The translations under genes were made by a program, and so were the position numbers. Below the pieces are notes generated by a model, which worked only from the letters and a program-made list of their open reading frames with translations, ran no database searches and had not been told where the DNA came from. DNA of 63,971 nt, the filler included, from an uncultured Methanoregulaceae archaeon (GTDB lineage Archaea > Halobacteriota > Methanomicrobia > Methanomicrobiales > Methanospirillaceae), in assembly GCA_964530035.1 (NCBI GenBank). It is 4 parts of 4 records of this genome, joined end to end, with 100 filler letters (N's around TTAATTAATTAA, not from the genome) between each part and the next. Parts side by side here need not be neighbours in the genome. Positions count along the whole stretch, not along the records: positions 19,924 to 39,357 come from CAZGXZ010000027.1; positions 39,458 to 58,888 come from CAZGXZ010000028.1; 2 more parts are not named here. One strand, given 5' to 3'. Numbering within the stretch: position 1 is the stretch's first letter; the number at the start of each line of letters is the position of its first letter. Shown piece after piece: positions 38,211 to 47,975 of the stretch.

Positions 38211-39356
38211 TTACAGGAACATGAGCAGGTAGACGATCATCATCGGGACAAAGACGGCTATCCAGGCAAGGCTGCTCCACCTGAGCACGGCCCTCCCGTC
38301 CATCGGGGTGAACGGCATCATGTGGTACGTGGCGACGAGGAGGTTGAACATGATGCTCATGGTCGCGGCCTTCTGGTACGCCCCGCCGAGGAACAGGAAG
38401 GGTACGAAGACGGCCGCGGCTGCGACACTGATGATCGGGCCGGCAAGCATGATCCGCCCCATCTGCTCTTTTGAGAGAGAGGGTGCGTTCATGACGATGT
38501 TCCGGGCGGGTTTCGCAAAGACGACCCCGGTCAGGTACCCGGTGACGAACATCGTGATGATGCCGAGGTCCCACAGCTGCATCTCGACCTCGTCCTTGAA
38601 TTTCATGGCGATGTACCGGTGGCCGACCTCGTGGATCGTGATCGCCACGCCGGCCGTCACGACGAACATGACGAACACACCGGGGGAAAAGACCTCTTTC
38701 TTCGCCACGATGAATGCAAGGGCGTACAGGACGGCCCCCGCGGTGGTGACCAGGACTTCGAGGAGGCTGATCCCGGCCGCCACCGGCTGCCGTGCCCGTG
38801 CCGTTATCTTCCGGTACGAGGACTCCTTCATGGCAGCCCTTCCGATCCCGAAGTTGCCCAGGAAGTTCCTGATGTAGGTGATCAGGTTCGTCCACCAGAG
38901 CGGGGCTGAGGTCGCCAGGAACGCCCCGGCGGTGCCGATACAGAACGCCGTCAGGACGGATACGAGGGGTTCGGCTTTTTCAGGGACGACGCTCGCGACA
39001 AAGGGGGCGGGCTCGCCCATTGCGGTCTCCCTGAAGCCGCCAGAAATGTCCGAGAGGCTCGGGGCACCCGTTGACCCGGCTGGATCAGCCACCTCCCCCG
39101 GCCCCAGTCCAGGATCCACCTTCTGGGCCATGCTTTCAGCCTCACGGGCCGATGAGACCGGGTTTTCCCCTCCTGACGAAGACTGTCCCTGGTCCGCTCC
39201 GGTCACATCCTCCGGCTGGGCTGCCCCTGCTGCCGCACCGGCTGGCGCACCGGCAGGAGCTCCCTGTGCGGCCCCTCCGGCAACCCCGGCTGCGGCCACC
39301 GGTGCGCTTATCCCGGCCCCGGCAGCCCCTCCGGCCATGACGGGAGCGGCAGCCTG
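38211..39356 (-). CDS. M50 metallopeptidase with an Ala/Gly/Pro-rich ectodomain, copy 2; 5' truncated by the contig end
   Basis: HEVGH, LAGP, HMMPFTPMDG; clear paralogue of 31911-33512; the frame stays open to the gap (QAAAPVMAGG...). Confidence 0.82.
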   Translation of the reverse strand, partial: QAAAPVMAGGAAGAGISAPVAAAGVAGGAAQGAPAGAPAGAAAGAAQPEDVTGADQGQSSSGGENPVSSAREAESMAQKVDPGLGPGEVADPAGSTGAPSLSDISGGFRETAMGEPAPFVASVVPEKAEPLVSVLTAFCIGTAGAFLATSAPLWWTNLITYIRNFLGNFGIGRAAMKESSYRKITARARQPVAAGISLLEVLVTTAGAVLYALAFIVAKKEVFSPGVFVMFVVTAGVAITIHEVGHRYIAMKFKDEVEMQLWDLGIITMFVTGYLTGVVFAKPARNIVMNAPSLSKEQMGRIMLAGPIISVAAAAVFVPFLFLGGAYQKAATMSIMFNLLVATYHMMPFTPMDGRAVLRWSSLAWIAVFVPMMIVYLLMFL

Positions 39357-39357
39357 T

Positions 39358-39457
39358 NNNNNNNNNNNNNNNNNNNNNNNNNNNNNNNNNNNNNNNNNNN
39401 NTTAATTAATTAANNNNNNNNNNNNNNNNNNNNNNNNNNNNNNNNNNNNNNNNNNNN
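39358..39457. other. Artificial contig-joining linker
   Basis: 44 N + TTAATTAATTAA + 44 N. Confidence 0.97.
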
Positions 39458-39458
39458 G

Positions 39459-39704
39459 GTCAGGTCGGGTCTCGAGATAAAAGGCCTTTCCTTCATCGAG
39501 GCACTTGCCCAGTGTCCGACCAACTACGGTCGCAGGAACAAGTTCAAACAGGTACAGGACCAGATCGAGTATCTCAAGACACATGCAATCCTGAAGGACA
39601 GGGCTCTTGCCATGGAAAGCAGGGGGGAAAAGGTCCCTGTTGACAGGATACGGCTCGGAGAGTTTGCACGCCGACAGAGACCCTACATGGGAGGGGTACC
39701 GTGA
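39459..39704 (+). CDS. korB: 2-oxoacid:ferredoxin oxidoreductase beta subunit, 3' fragment
   Basis: Manual translation: VRSGLEIKGLSFIEALAQCPTNYGRRNK...RIRLGEFARRQRP (KG.SFIE...QCPT.YGRRN signature); overlaps the korC start. Confidence 0.85.
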   Translation, partial: VRSGLEIKGLSFIEALAQCPTNYGRRNKFKQVQDQIEYLKTHAILKDRALAMESRGEKVPVDRIRLGEFARRQRPYMGGVP

Positions 39705-40240
39705 GACACGAGGTCAGGTTTTCAGGCTTTGGCGGGCAGGGAATCATCCTTTCTGCGGTCATTCTTGGACGGGCGGCGGTCATGTACGATGGCAAGTTCG
39801 CGGTACAGACCCAGGTCTACGGCCCTGAGGCCCGGGGAGGGGCTTCAATGAGTGCGGTGATCATTGATGACCTGCCGATTCTCTTCCCCAAGGTGACGGT
39901 CCCGGACATCTATGTCATAATGTCACAGGAAGGCTTTGAAAAATACGGTGCCCAGGCTCCTGAAGAGGCTGTGATGCTCATCGACTCGACACTCGTCCAT
40001 TCGCGTCCCCAATGCAGGTGCATCGAGGTCCCTGCGACGATGGAGGCAAAAAATACCCTGAAAAGGGATATTGTGGCCAATATTATCATGCTCGGGGCTC
40101 TTGCAGGACATACCGGGATAGTCAGCGTAAATGCCCTTGAAAAGGCCATTCTGGACAGCGTTCCCAAGGGGACCGAGGTACTGAACACCAAGGCGATGAA
40201 TCTTGGGCTTTCTCTGGTCGGAAAAGGTGAAGAACCATGA
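39701..40240 (+). CDS. korC: 2-oxoacid:ferredoxin oxidoreductase gamma subunit
   Basis: EVRFSGFGGQGIIL, QTQVYGPEARGGAS, NIIMLGAL. Confidence 0.93.
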   Translation: MRHEVRFSGFGGQGIILSAVILGRAAVMYDGKFAVQTQVYGPEARGGASMSAVIIDDLPILFPKVTVPDIYVIMSQEGFEKYGAQAPEEAVMLIDSTLVHSRPQCRCIEVPATMEAKNTLKRDIVANIIMLGALAGHTGIVSVNALEKAILDSVPKGTEVLNTKAMNLGLSLVGKGEEP

Positions 40241-41322
40241 AACTGCGCGAATATGAAGCAAAACAAATCCTGGCCGGGCATGGCATTCCCATCCCGGCAG
40301 GATTCCTCATCAGATCACCCGATGAACTGGCGGACAGGATGACGGAGTTATCAGACAGGGTGGTGCTCAAGGCCCAGGTCGATGTCGGGGGCCGCGGCAA
40401 GGCCGGTGGTGTCCTGTTTGCAGATAAAGGCAGTTGTACAGGTGTGGCACGGGAACTGTTCAGTCGTTCCATCAAGGGAATCCCGGTGACTGAGGTCCTT
40501 GTCGAACAGGCACTCGAGATCGAACGGGAGCTGTACACGGCAGTCCTTATCGACCGGTCATCGAAGGAGGCACTGGTACTCTTCACCACCGAAGGTGGTG
40601 TGGATATCGAGGAAACAGCACGGAACCACCCGGAACGTATCAGGAAAGCCCGCATACCCCTTATAATGGAACGCGTTCCCTCATTCATGCTGCGGGACCT
40701 GACCCAGGGAGTCGGTAAGGAGATCGGCCCTGTCATCCAGAACCTATACTCAGCATTTATCAGGCATGACGCGGTGCTTGCCGAGATCAATCCCCTCGTG
40801 GTAACTCCGGCAGGCGTCTTTGCTGCAGACGCGAAACTCATCATCGACGATAATGCCCTCACTCGGCAGGGGATCGTGGTGAACAGGGACCTGACGGAAC
40901 GGGAGCGTGTTGCGCAGTCACACGGGTTCTCGTACGTCGAACTTGAGGGAACGATCGGGGTTATCGGCAACGGCGCGGGACTGACCATGGCGACCCTTGA
41001 CCTCATCGGGCATTACCATGGTTCGGCAGCCAACTTCCTCGACGTGGGAGGAGGAGCGGACAAGGACCGCGTCAGGGAAGCGGTACGCCTTGTAGCGACC
41101 AAACCTGGTGTCAGGGTCATCGTTGTGAACCTCCTTGGTGGAATAACCCGTTGTGACGAGGTGGCCCGGGGCATCGTCGATGCCGGTATCCCGCAGAAGG
41201 TGATCGTGCGGCTTGCCGGCACGAACGAACAGGAGGGGAAGGCCATACTGGATGGAGGCGGGTATGTCATGGTCGATACCATGGAGGATGCCGTCCGGAC
41301 GGCAGTGGAGATGGCATCATGA
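40237..41322 (+). CDS. sucC: Succinyl-CoA synthetase beta subunit
   Basis: MKLREYEAK, KAQVDVGGRGKAGGV, EINPL, DAKLIIDDNAL, GNGAGLTMATLD, NFLDVGGG, GGITRCD. Confidence 0.96.
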   Translation: MKLREYEAKQILAGHGIPIPAGFLIRSPDELADRMTELSDRVVLKAQVDVGGRGKAGGVLFADKGSCTGVARELFSRSIKGIPVTEVLVEQALEIERELYTAVLIDRSSKEALVLFTTEGGVDIEETARNHPERIRKARIPLIMERVPSFMLRDLTQGVGKEIGPVIQNLYSAFIRHDAVLAEINPLVVTPAGVFAADAKLIIDDNALTRQGIVVNRDLTERERVAQSHGFSYVELEGTIGVIGNGAGLTMATLDLIGHYHGSAANFLDVGGGADKDRVREAVRLVATKPGVRVIVVNLLGGITRCDEVARGIVDAGIPQKVIVRLAGTNEQEGKAILDGGGYVMVDTMEDAVRTAVEMAS

Positions 41323-42188
41323 TTTACGCTGACAGGAATGCAGGGATTATCGTCACCGGTGCGACCGGGAAACAGGGCGCGTTTCACATCAACCTGATGA
41401 ATGATTACGCCCGCTCAGTTGGCGGTACTGGTGTTGTCGCCGGGGTAACCCCGGGAAAAGGAGGCCAGGAAGTCCACGGTGTTCCCGTTTACAACAGTAT
41501 GAAGGAAGCGCTCGCGGACCATGATGCTTCCGTGTCCGTCCTCTTCGTCCCTGCATCAGCAGCCGGAGACTCGATAATGGAGGCTGCAGCGGCTGGAATA
41601 GACCTGGTTGTTGCGATTACCGAGTTCATTCCGGTCCATGACACGATGAAGGCGATCAGTTATGCCCGACTCGAAGGGTGTGATGTCATTGGTCCAAACT
41701 GCCCCGGACTCCTTTCACCCGGTGAGATCAAGCTCGGCATCATGCCGGCTCACCTTTTCTCAAGGGGCCCCATTGGAGTAATATCCCGGAGCGGAACCCT
41801 GACGTATGAAGTGGTTGCTGAACTTACCCGGGCAGGACTGGGTCAGAGCACGGTTGTAGGCATAGGCGGAGACCCTGTCATCGGCCAGACATTCGAGGAT
41901 GTCCTTCTGAGGTTTTCATGCGATGAAGAGACCCAGGCAGTCGTGCTTATCGGGGAAGTAGGCGGGAACCTTGAGGAGGAGGGCGCGAAAATCGCGGATA
42001 TACCCATCGTTTCCTATATCGCCGGGATATCGGCACCTCCTGAAAAACGCATGGGACATGCCGGTGCAATAGTGGAAGGTGGTGAGGGGGATGCACGTTC
42101 CAAGATAGAACGCCTGCAAGAAATGGGAGTCCCGGTTGCCTCACGACCTTCGGAGATACCCAGGCTGCTCAGACCCCTTCTGGGCTAG
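41319..42188 (+). CDS. sucD: Succinyl-CoA synthetase alpha subunit
   Basis: [43 protein letters not shown]. Confidence 0.96.
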   Translation: MIYADRNAGIIVTGATGKQGAFHINLMNDYARSVGGTGVVAGVTPGKGGQEVHGVPVYNSMKEALADHDASVSVLFVPASAAGDSIMEAAAAGIDLVVAITEFIPVHDTMKAISYARLEGCDVIGPNCPGLLSPGEIKLGIMPAHLFSRGPIGVISRSGTLTYEVVAELTRAGLGQSTVVGIGGDPVIGQTFEDVLLRFSCDEETQAVVLIGEVGGNLEEEGAKIADIPIVSYIAGISAPPEKRMGHAGAIVEGGEGDARSKIERLQEMGVPVASRPSEIPRLLRPLLG

Positions 42189-42203
42189 GGAGGAGTAACC
42201 AGA

Positions 42204-42890
42204 ATGAATGAAACCCCTGACGTGGAGATAGGAGTACCTATCGAACCTGCATTGTACCTCGGCACCCGGGAACGGCTTGTAACAGTCACCTATAACGTGG
42301 TCGTCAAATCATTCAGGTTCCATGCCATTCTGACCGACCAGAGGATCCTCCTGATCGACCATGATGAGCAGAAACCCGGGGTATTTGCCCGTGAATTGCT
42401 GCGACCTTTGTTGAAGAACTGTTTTTTTGAGGAAAATGAGCGCGGTGAACCGGTCCTTGTCCTGGCTGTCCAGACGCTGCCTGACGAACAGAAAACCATG
42501 AAGCTGACATTTTCAGGCAGGGCAGGGATTGAAGCCCCGGACATGGCGGAATGGCTCCCCCTGGCGGGTTCTGCTGCAGGAGCACCTTCGAATCGCGCTA
42601 TCACAATGCCAGGTAACACGGCCGTGTCCCCGGAGTCCGCACAGGTCATGAATCATTCTCTTACCTTCGCAGCCAACCACAGGACTGTTCCCCGTGACCA
42701 GCCCCGTTCCGTCCAGATACGAAAACCCTCGTTCCGTCGCGGAGGAAGCTTCAGGCCTGACGTACCCGTCCTCCAGCCGGACATCAGGAGTGCCCCCGAT
42801 GTGCGGTTCTGTCACCAGTGCGGAGAGAAAATTATCCAGAACGCACGCTTTTGTCCGTTCTGCGGGGCATCTGTTAGACACCTGAAATAA
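42204..42890 (+). CDS. Hypothetical protein with a PH-like N-terminus and a C-terminal zinc ribbon
   Basis: AILTDQRILL (PH-like strand); C-terminal FCHQCG...FCPFCG. Confidence 0.75.
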   Translation: MNETPDVEIGVPIEPALYLGTRERLVTVTYNVVVKSFRFHAILTDQRILLIDHDEQKPGVFARELLRPLLKNCFFEENERGEPVLVLAVQTLPDEQKTMKLTFSGRAGIEAPDMAEWLPLAGSAAGAPSNRAITMPGNTAVSPESAQVMNHSLTFAANHRTVPRDQPRSVQIRKPSFRRGGSFRPDVPVLQPDIRSAPDVRFCHQCGEKIIQNARFCPFCGASVRHLK

Positions 42891-43090
42891 TAACATTTTC
42901 AGGTTCTGATGAACCCGATGATCGGAATTGCAGCTTATGAAGATCTTTCATATTGAAGTGAATAAAAATTAATGACATGGAGGATTTCAACTGAGCCCCA
43001 TTTTCGTTTATTATTCTAAAAAAACAACGCTATAGCGTCTGACGCCACCTATACATACGTCATACAACCCATGATAGTAGTGGTGATACC

Positions 43091-43444
43091 ATGGGAAAAT
43101 CACTCCTTAAACCCGGGGGAAAAGCGGGCACAGCTCGGTTATGCGGTAATTCAGGGCTTGTATTCCGGATAGAAGGGCTGGTCTGCTACCTCCCCCCGCA
43201 CGAAATGCACAGCATGTGTGCACGTGGTTCGGCACCAGTCGTGAGCGGCGACGGGGACCGTGTTGGAAAGGCGTGGCTTTCCCCGCTTCTCTACCCCGAA
43301 AAACAGGACCTCACCCTCCACGTCGGGAACCGGTTGTTCTCAGTTTCCTGGCCTGACGTGGAGCGGATCATCTCCCGGAAACGTATGGAGGCTCCCCTGT
43401 ATTCCCTGGGTGTTCCCTGCCGCACCGGTCCGGAGGGGTACTAA
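43091..43444 (+). CDS. Hypothetical protein
   Basis: 117-aa ORF with a GGTGA RBS, following an AT-rich intergenic region. Confidence 0.55.
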   Translation: MGKSLLKPGGKAGTARLCGNSGLVFRIEGLVCYLPPHEMHSMCARGSAPVVSGDGDRVGKAWLSPLLYPEKQDLTLHVGNRLFSVSWPDVERIISRKRMEAPLYSLGVPCRTGPEGY

Positions 43445-43545
43445 TCCTGTTCATCTCCCTCTCAATTCAGGCAAGACACCAGGTAGTGATCAAGAAACGC
43501 ACATTGACCTTTTTTGGGACGATACCCGTACTGTGATGCCTTTCC

Positions 43546-44334
43546 ATGACAAACCGGCGTGTTAACCTGACCGCCGGTGCAATCCTTCACACCCTCCTGC
43601 TGACACCGGGAAAAGACCGTTACTGGGAGATCGATGCTGCTCGAGGGTGTGCTGTCATCATGATGGTGGTGTTTCATACCGCCTTTGACCTGTTCTATTT
43701 TGGCCTGGCCGATCTGATGGTTTTATCCGGTCCGTTCAGACTCCTTGCAGTCGCAACCGCTTCACTTTTCCTTGCCATTGCAGGCATCTCAGTGCAGATA
43801 TCGTTGAGCCGCCCGCAGGATCCCCGGGCACAGGCACATGCCGATAAAAAAACGGTTATAAGGGGGGCGACCATCTTCGCGTACGGGCTCGTTATCACGG
43901 TTGCTACGGCGCTCTACCCGGGTGAGGGAGTGATCGTGTTCGGTATCCTGCACCTCATAGGGTGCTGCGTCATGCTGAGTCCCATTTTTTTCCGCCTGGG
44001 AAGGGGAACACTTATTGCAGGAGCCGGCTTTCTCCTGGCAGGAACGGCATTAGCAGGAATATACGGCCCTCCCTGGCTTATCCCGCTCGGTATTCACCCT
44101 GAATGGTTCTGGAGCCTGGATTATACCCCTTTCATTCCCTGGGCAGGCATCTTCCTCGTAGGGATGTTTATCGGATCTGTTCTCTATCCCTGTGGAAACC
44201 GGAGGTATCCTGTCATGGACCCTCTCCCGGTATTCCAGGTGCTTTCCGTTCCAGGAAGGCATTCGCTCGCCATTTACCTGGTCCACCAGCCACTTATCAT
44301 CGGACTGCTGTTCCTGCTTTTTCTCCGGGGGTGA
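43546..44334 (+). CDS. DUF1624 / heparan-alpha-glucosaminide N-acetyltransferase-like membrane protein
   Basis: RYWEIDAARGCAVIMMVVFH, FGILHLIG, DYTPFIPW, GRHSLAIYLVHQP. Confidence 0.88.
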   Translation: MTNRRVNLTAGAILHTLLLTPGKDRYWEIDAARGCAVIMMVVFHTAFDLFYFGLADLMVLSGPFRLLAVATASLFLAIAGISVQISLSRPQDPRAQAHADKKTVIRGATIFAYGLVITVATALYPGEGVIVFGILHLIGCCVMLSPIFFRLGRGTLIAGAGFLLAGTALAGIYGPPWLIPLGIHPEWFWSLDYTPFIPWAGIFLVGMFIGSVLYPCGNRRYPVMDPLPVFQVLSVPGRHSLAIYLVHQPLIIGLLFLLFLRG

Positions 44335-44351
44335 AACGCACGCGAATACCT

Positions 44352-46022
44352 TTATTCCAGGCCCTCATCCAGGAAAAGCGGAACAAATGAAAACGCGTTG
44401 ACATCGAAGACTCCAGAGGGGGTTATTCGCAGCGAAGGGATAACGGTGAGAGACAGGAACGACAGGTACATGAACGGGGAGGGGACCGCCCCCCAACTCC
44501 GTGCGCGGGTATCAAGGGAAGTCAGGCAGGCTGCTACTTCGTACCCATCCCGGTCAGACATGAGGCCGGCAACAGGCAGGGGCAGCATCTCACTGGTGGT
44601 CCCTGAAACAGCCGCCATGCCACCCCTGGCGCTCACAACCTTGCGAATGGCCTGGATGATATCCCGGTCTTCAATGCCGGTGGCAATGACATGGTGAGAG
44701 TCATGGCCGATGCTCGATGCGAGCGCGCCTTCGGACATCCCAAACCCTGACACCAGTCCTGCCGAAACTTTTCCCGGAAAGTAACGGGAACAGGCTACGA
44801 CTTTCTGGATATCACGATGAGACCCGGGGATATCGCTGCCATCCACATAGACCTGCAGTATCCGGGTAAGGATCTGACCCTCGCACAGCCCGATCACCCG
44901 CGCAGTACCTGCTCCTGGGATCCGGATATCCCCGGCAGATGGCACTGTTGCCCGGAAGGTGTAATCCAGAGCGGGTATTGTTGATTGTTTCTGCCCTGGA
45001 GCCGGCCTCCCCCTCCGGAAGGTGCTCCTGACCCTGCATTGACGGGTGTCCTCCAGGACGCAGAAATCCGCTACCCTTCCCGGGGCGATCGCCCCGCGGT
45101 CTGATAGCCCGAATCGTTCTGCGGCTGACAACGTGGCCATGATCAGGGCAGTTTCCAGTTCGAGGCCTGACTCGGTCCCGACACGGATGCAGTCGTCAAT
45201 CGTGCCCCTGCTGACGAGAAGGTCGGCATGGCGGTCATCAGTCGCAAAACAACAGCGTTTTGCAGAGTGGCTTGTGACTACAGGGGTAAGGTCATGGATG
45301 TTATGCTCGGTCGATCCCTCCCGGAGATAGAGGAACATCCCTTTTCGAAGCTTGGACAAGGCTTCGTCAGGCCCTACCGACTCGTGGTCGCTCTGTATAC
45401 CTGCAGCGATATAGGCATCAAGCGGCTCTCCTCCGAGCAGGGGGGCGTGGCCATCAATAACAGGGAAAAGGCTTAATTTCCTCATCACTTCATCCTCACA
45501 ACCAAGGACTCCGGGAATGTTCATCATCTCCCCAAGTCCGATGACCCGTGCGTTTCCCTTGAACTCCGAGAGCATCTCCGAGGTGAGGGGTTCTGCGGAT
45601 TCGTCAAACGGAGTTGCAGGGACGCATGAAGGGAGCATGAAGAAGATATCAATGTCTGCGCGCGCGGCATCCTCGAGCATGAACCTGATCCCTGCACGCC
45701 CAGCGACATTCGCGATCTCGTGGGGGTCTGCAATTGCCGTCGTAACCCCATGGCTTGCGGCCATCCGGCCATATTCTGAAGGCGGCAGCAATGAACTCTC
45801 TATATGAACATGCGCATCTATCAGGCCCGGGATAACCGGTCTCCCTTTAAGGTCGATCTCTTCCCTTGCAGAAACATTTCCAAAACCGGCGATATATCCC
45901 TTGTAGCAGGAAAAACCGGTTTTTTCCCATTCTCCTGTGAAACTGTTAAAAAGAAGGGCGTTTTTGTACGCGATATCTGCTGGTTTTTTCCCCAGTGCCA
46001 CCTGGATAAGATCGTCCATCAT
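44352..46022 (-). CDS. ade: Adenine deaminase
   Basis: PGLIDAHVHIESS, DPHEIANV, PSCVPAT, GEMMN, DGHAP, DHE, REGS, TDD, HDSHH, LTVIP. Confidence 0.95.
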   Translation of the reverse strand: MMDDLIQVALGKKPADIAYKNALLFNSFTGEWEKTGFSCYKGYIAGFGNVSAREEIDLKGRPVIPGLIDAHVHIESSLLPPSEYGRMAASHGVTTAIADPHEIANVAGRAGIRFMLEDAARADIDIFFMLPSCVPATPFDESAEPLTSEMLSEFKGNARVIGLGEMMNIPGVLGCEDEVMRKLSLFPVIDGHAPLLGGEPLDAYIAAGIQSDHESVGPDEALSKLRKGMFLYLREGSTEHNIHDLTPVVTSHSAKRCCFATDDRHADLLVSRGTIDDCIRVGTESGLELETALIMATLSAAERFGLSDRGAIAPGRVADFCVLEDTRQCRVRSTFRRGRPAPGQKQSTIPALDYTFRATVPSAGDIRIPGAGTARVIGLCEGQILTRILQVYVDGSDIPGSHRDIQKVVACSRYFPGKVSAGLVSGFGMSEGALASSIGHDSHHVIATGIEDRDIIQAIRKVVSARGGMAAVSGTTSEMLPLPVAGLMSDRDGYEVAACLTSLDTRARSWGAVPSPFMYLSFLSLTVIPSLRITPSGVFDVNAFSFVPLFLDEGLE

Positions 46023-46126
46023 ACCAAGGTTTAACCGGGTCTGATATGAGCTCCACCCTGCCACCATCCATTTTAGTGTTATCGCGAAGCGTAAGGCCTT
46101 AAGAAATCATTCACATATGTACTTTC

Positions 46127-46558
46127 ATGCGTCAGGACCTGCTTATCGCAGTCATTCTCATCGCCCTGGTTGTTATCGGCGGGGGGATTTTCCTTGCCAC
46201 AGGAGGGTCCCTTGGATCAGGTAGTGCGGTGTCGGTCGTGTCCTTTCAGACCGACAAGGACGTGTACCACTCAAAAGAACTCATGAAACTCCAGGTAGGC
46301 CTTTCATCAGGATCCGCTATGGAAAATGTAACGGTCCATATAGAGGGCATATCAGACAGGTACGGCGACATCAGGCTGAAAAAGGATATCTCGCTCAATT
46401 TGGTCCCGGGTACGAACACGGTGACCTACGAGTACCAGCTCCCTACCTGTTCCACGTGTTCAGGTCTCAACCCCGGGATCTACCCCATCAATGTAACAGT
46501 CATCAGGTTTGGAAAAGCAATAGCAATTGGAAACCACACCGTGCACCTGGAACAGTAA
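46127..46558 (+). CDS. Membrane-anchored or secreted Ig-like hypothetical protein
   Basis: N-terminal TM helix, TDKDVYHS, beta-rich body, LPTCSTCSGL.PG.Y. Confidence 0.7.
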   Translation: MRQDLLIAVILIALVVIGGGIFLATGGSLGSGSAVSVVSFQTDKDVYHSKELMKLQVGLSSGSAMENVTVHIEGISDRYGDIRLKKDISLNLVPGTNTVTYEYQLPTCSTCSGLNPGIYPINVTVIRFGKAIAIGNHTVHLEQ

Positions 46559-46739
46559 TCCCTTTTTTTCTCCGGGGCGTAACTTCGGTCTTTTGAAAGC
46601 ACCCCAAGGATCTCTTCAGGGCGCGTTCATCAGCAAAAAGAAGACCGCGGCTGTCTGACGCTGACCCAATGCCTGCCGGATGGCAATCGCCAGCCCGTGA
46701 CGCTGAACCTTGACTGAACGACTTGGTTTCAAAAAAAGA

Positions 46740-47954
46740 CTAAGGGAAGAGTTCAGCTGATCGTTCCAAGGCATCAACGGCAGGGAGCTTCTTCCCGGTG
46801 AGGAATTCGATACAGGCCCCACCGCCCGTAGAGATATGGGTGAACTCCCGGTCAATCCCCATCTTTTCAACAACCGCAGCGGTATGTCCTCCGCCAATCA
46901 CGGAAAATTCTGACCGGGAGGCCGCCTTGAGAAGTTCGTATGTGCCGGTAGCAAAGTCCTTTTCCTCGAAAACACCTGCAGGACCATTAAATACAACAGT
47001 CCTGGCCTTCCGGAGCCTGGCCCCGAAATCGGTAACAGAGTCGAGTCCCAGGTCCAGGACGGGGCAGTCATCAGGGATGGCGTCGACAGGGCATTCTTCA
47101 CGCTGGTTGCCGCGTTTAATGGCAACGGACGCAGGTATTCGGACTCTGTCACCGAATTCGGATATCAGGTCCCTTGCACGGTTGATCTCACCGGCATACC
47201 CGAGCTGCTGGATGAGCTGGGTGGAGGGCGTTCCGATATCTTTCGCCTGGGCCTGGAGAAAAACGTTCGCAACGACACCTATGGCCATAACTTCATCGGC
47301 GATCCCCTTTTTCAGGACGTTTTCAGCAACGTCCATCGAATCGTCCACCTTTGTTCCACCAAGGACGAATGTGACCGGCCGAGGTGCATCTTTGAGTACC
47401 TTGGACAGTATCGAAACCTCGCGGCCCATGAGAAGCCCTGATGCAGACTTCATAACGAGGGGAAGCCCTACGACACTCGGCTGGGACCGGTGGGCCGTCC
47501 CGAAAGCATCGTTGATAAAAAAATCGCTCATTTTTGCGAGTTTTCGGACAAGATGGGTCTTTTTCGCTTCTTCAGGTTTCAGGGTCAGGTTTTCCTCGGC
47601 ATTGAACCTGACATTCTCGAGCATCAGGACCTCGCCGGCCTTCAACTCTTTGACAGCATCCCTGGCACTTGATCCAAAGATATCGTCAATGTACCGGACT
47701 TCACGCTTGATCAACTGCTGCATTTTTTCTGCATGGGCTTCAAGCGTTGTGAAGTCCTTCTTTCCCGGACGGCTCTGGTGGGTTACAATGACCACCCGTG
47801 CCGTGTCCAGGGCATCTATAGTCGGAATATGTTCCCTGAACCGTTTGTCATCCAGGATCTGGTTTGATGCAGGGTCGATGGGTGAGTTTAAATCAAGACG
47901 GAGAAGAATGGTCTTCCCCCTGAATCCAATTTCATCGATCCTATGGATTGCCAT
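46740..47954 (-). CDS. pgk: Phosphoglycerate kinase
   Basis: LRLDLNSP, HQSRPG, LENVRF, NDAFGTAHRSQPS, LGGTK, NGPAGVFE, GGGHT, HISTGGGA. Confidence 0.97.
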   Translation of the reverse strand: MAIHRIDEIGFRGKTILLRLDLNSPIDPASNQILDDKRFREHIPTIDALDTARVVIVTHQSRPGKKDFTTLEAHAEKMQQLIKREVRYIDDIFGSSARDAVKELKAGEVLMLENVRFNAEENLTLKPEEAKKTHLVRKLAKMSDFFINDAFGTAHRSQPSVVGLPLVMKSASGLLMGREVSILSKVLKDAPRPVTFVLGGTKVDDSMDVAENVLKKGIADEVMAIGVVANVFLQAQAKDIGTPSTQLIQQLGYAGEINRARDLISEFGDRVRIPASVAIKRGNQREECPVDAIPDDCPVLDLGLDSVTDFGARLRKARTVVFNGPAGVFEEKDFATGTYELLKAASRSEFSVIGGGHTAAVVEKMGIDREFTHISTGGGACIEFLTGKKLPAVDALERSAELFP

Positions 47955-47975
47955 GGGTAAACGACCATCCTTGGG

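Noticed and set aside
46570..46740. Possible C/D-box sRNA (minus-strand TGATGA...CTGA) downstream of pgk
   Set aside because: Only 7 nt separate the boxes and I found no second box pair or terminal stem.
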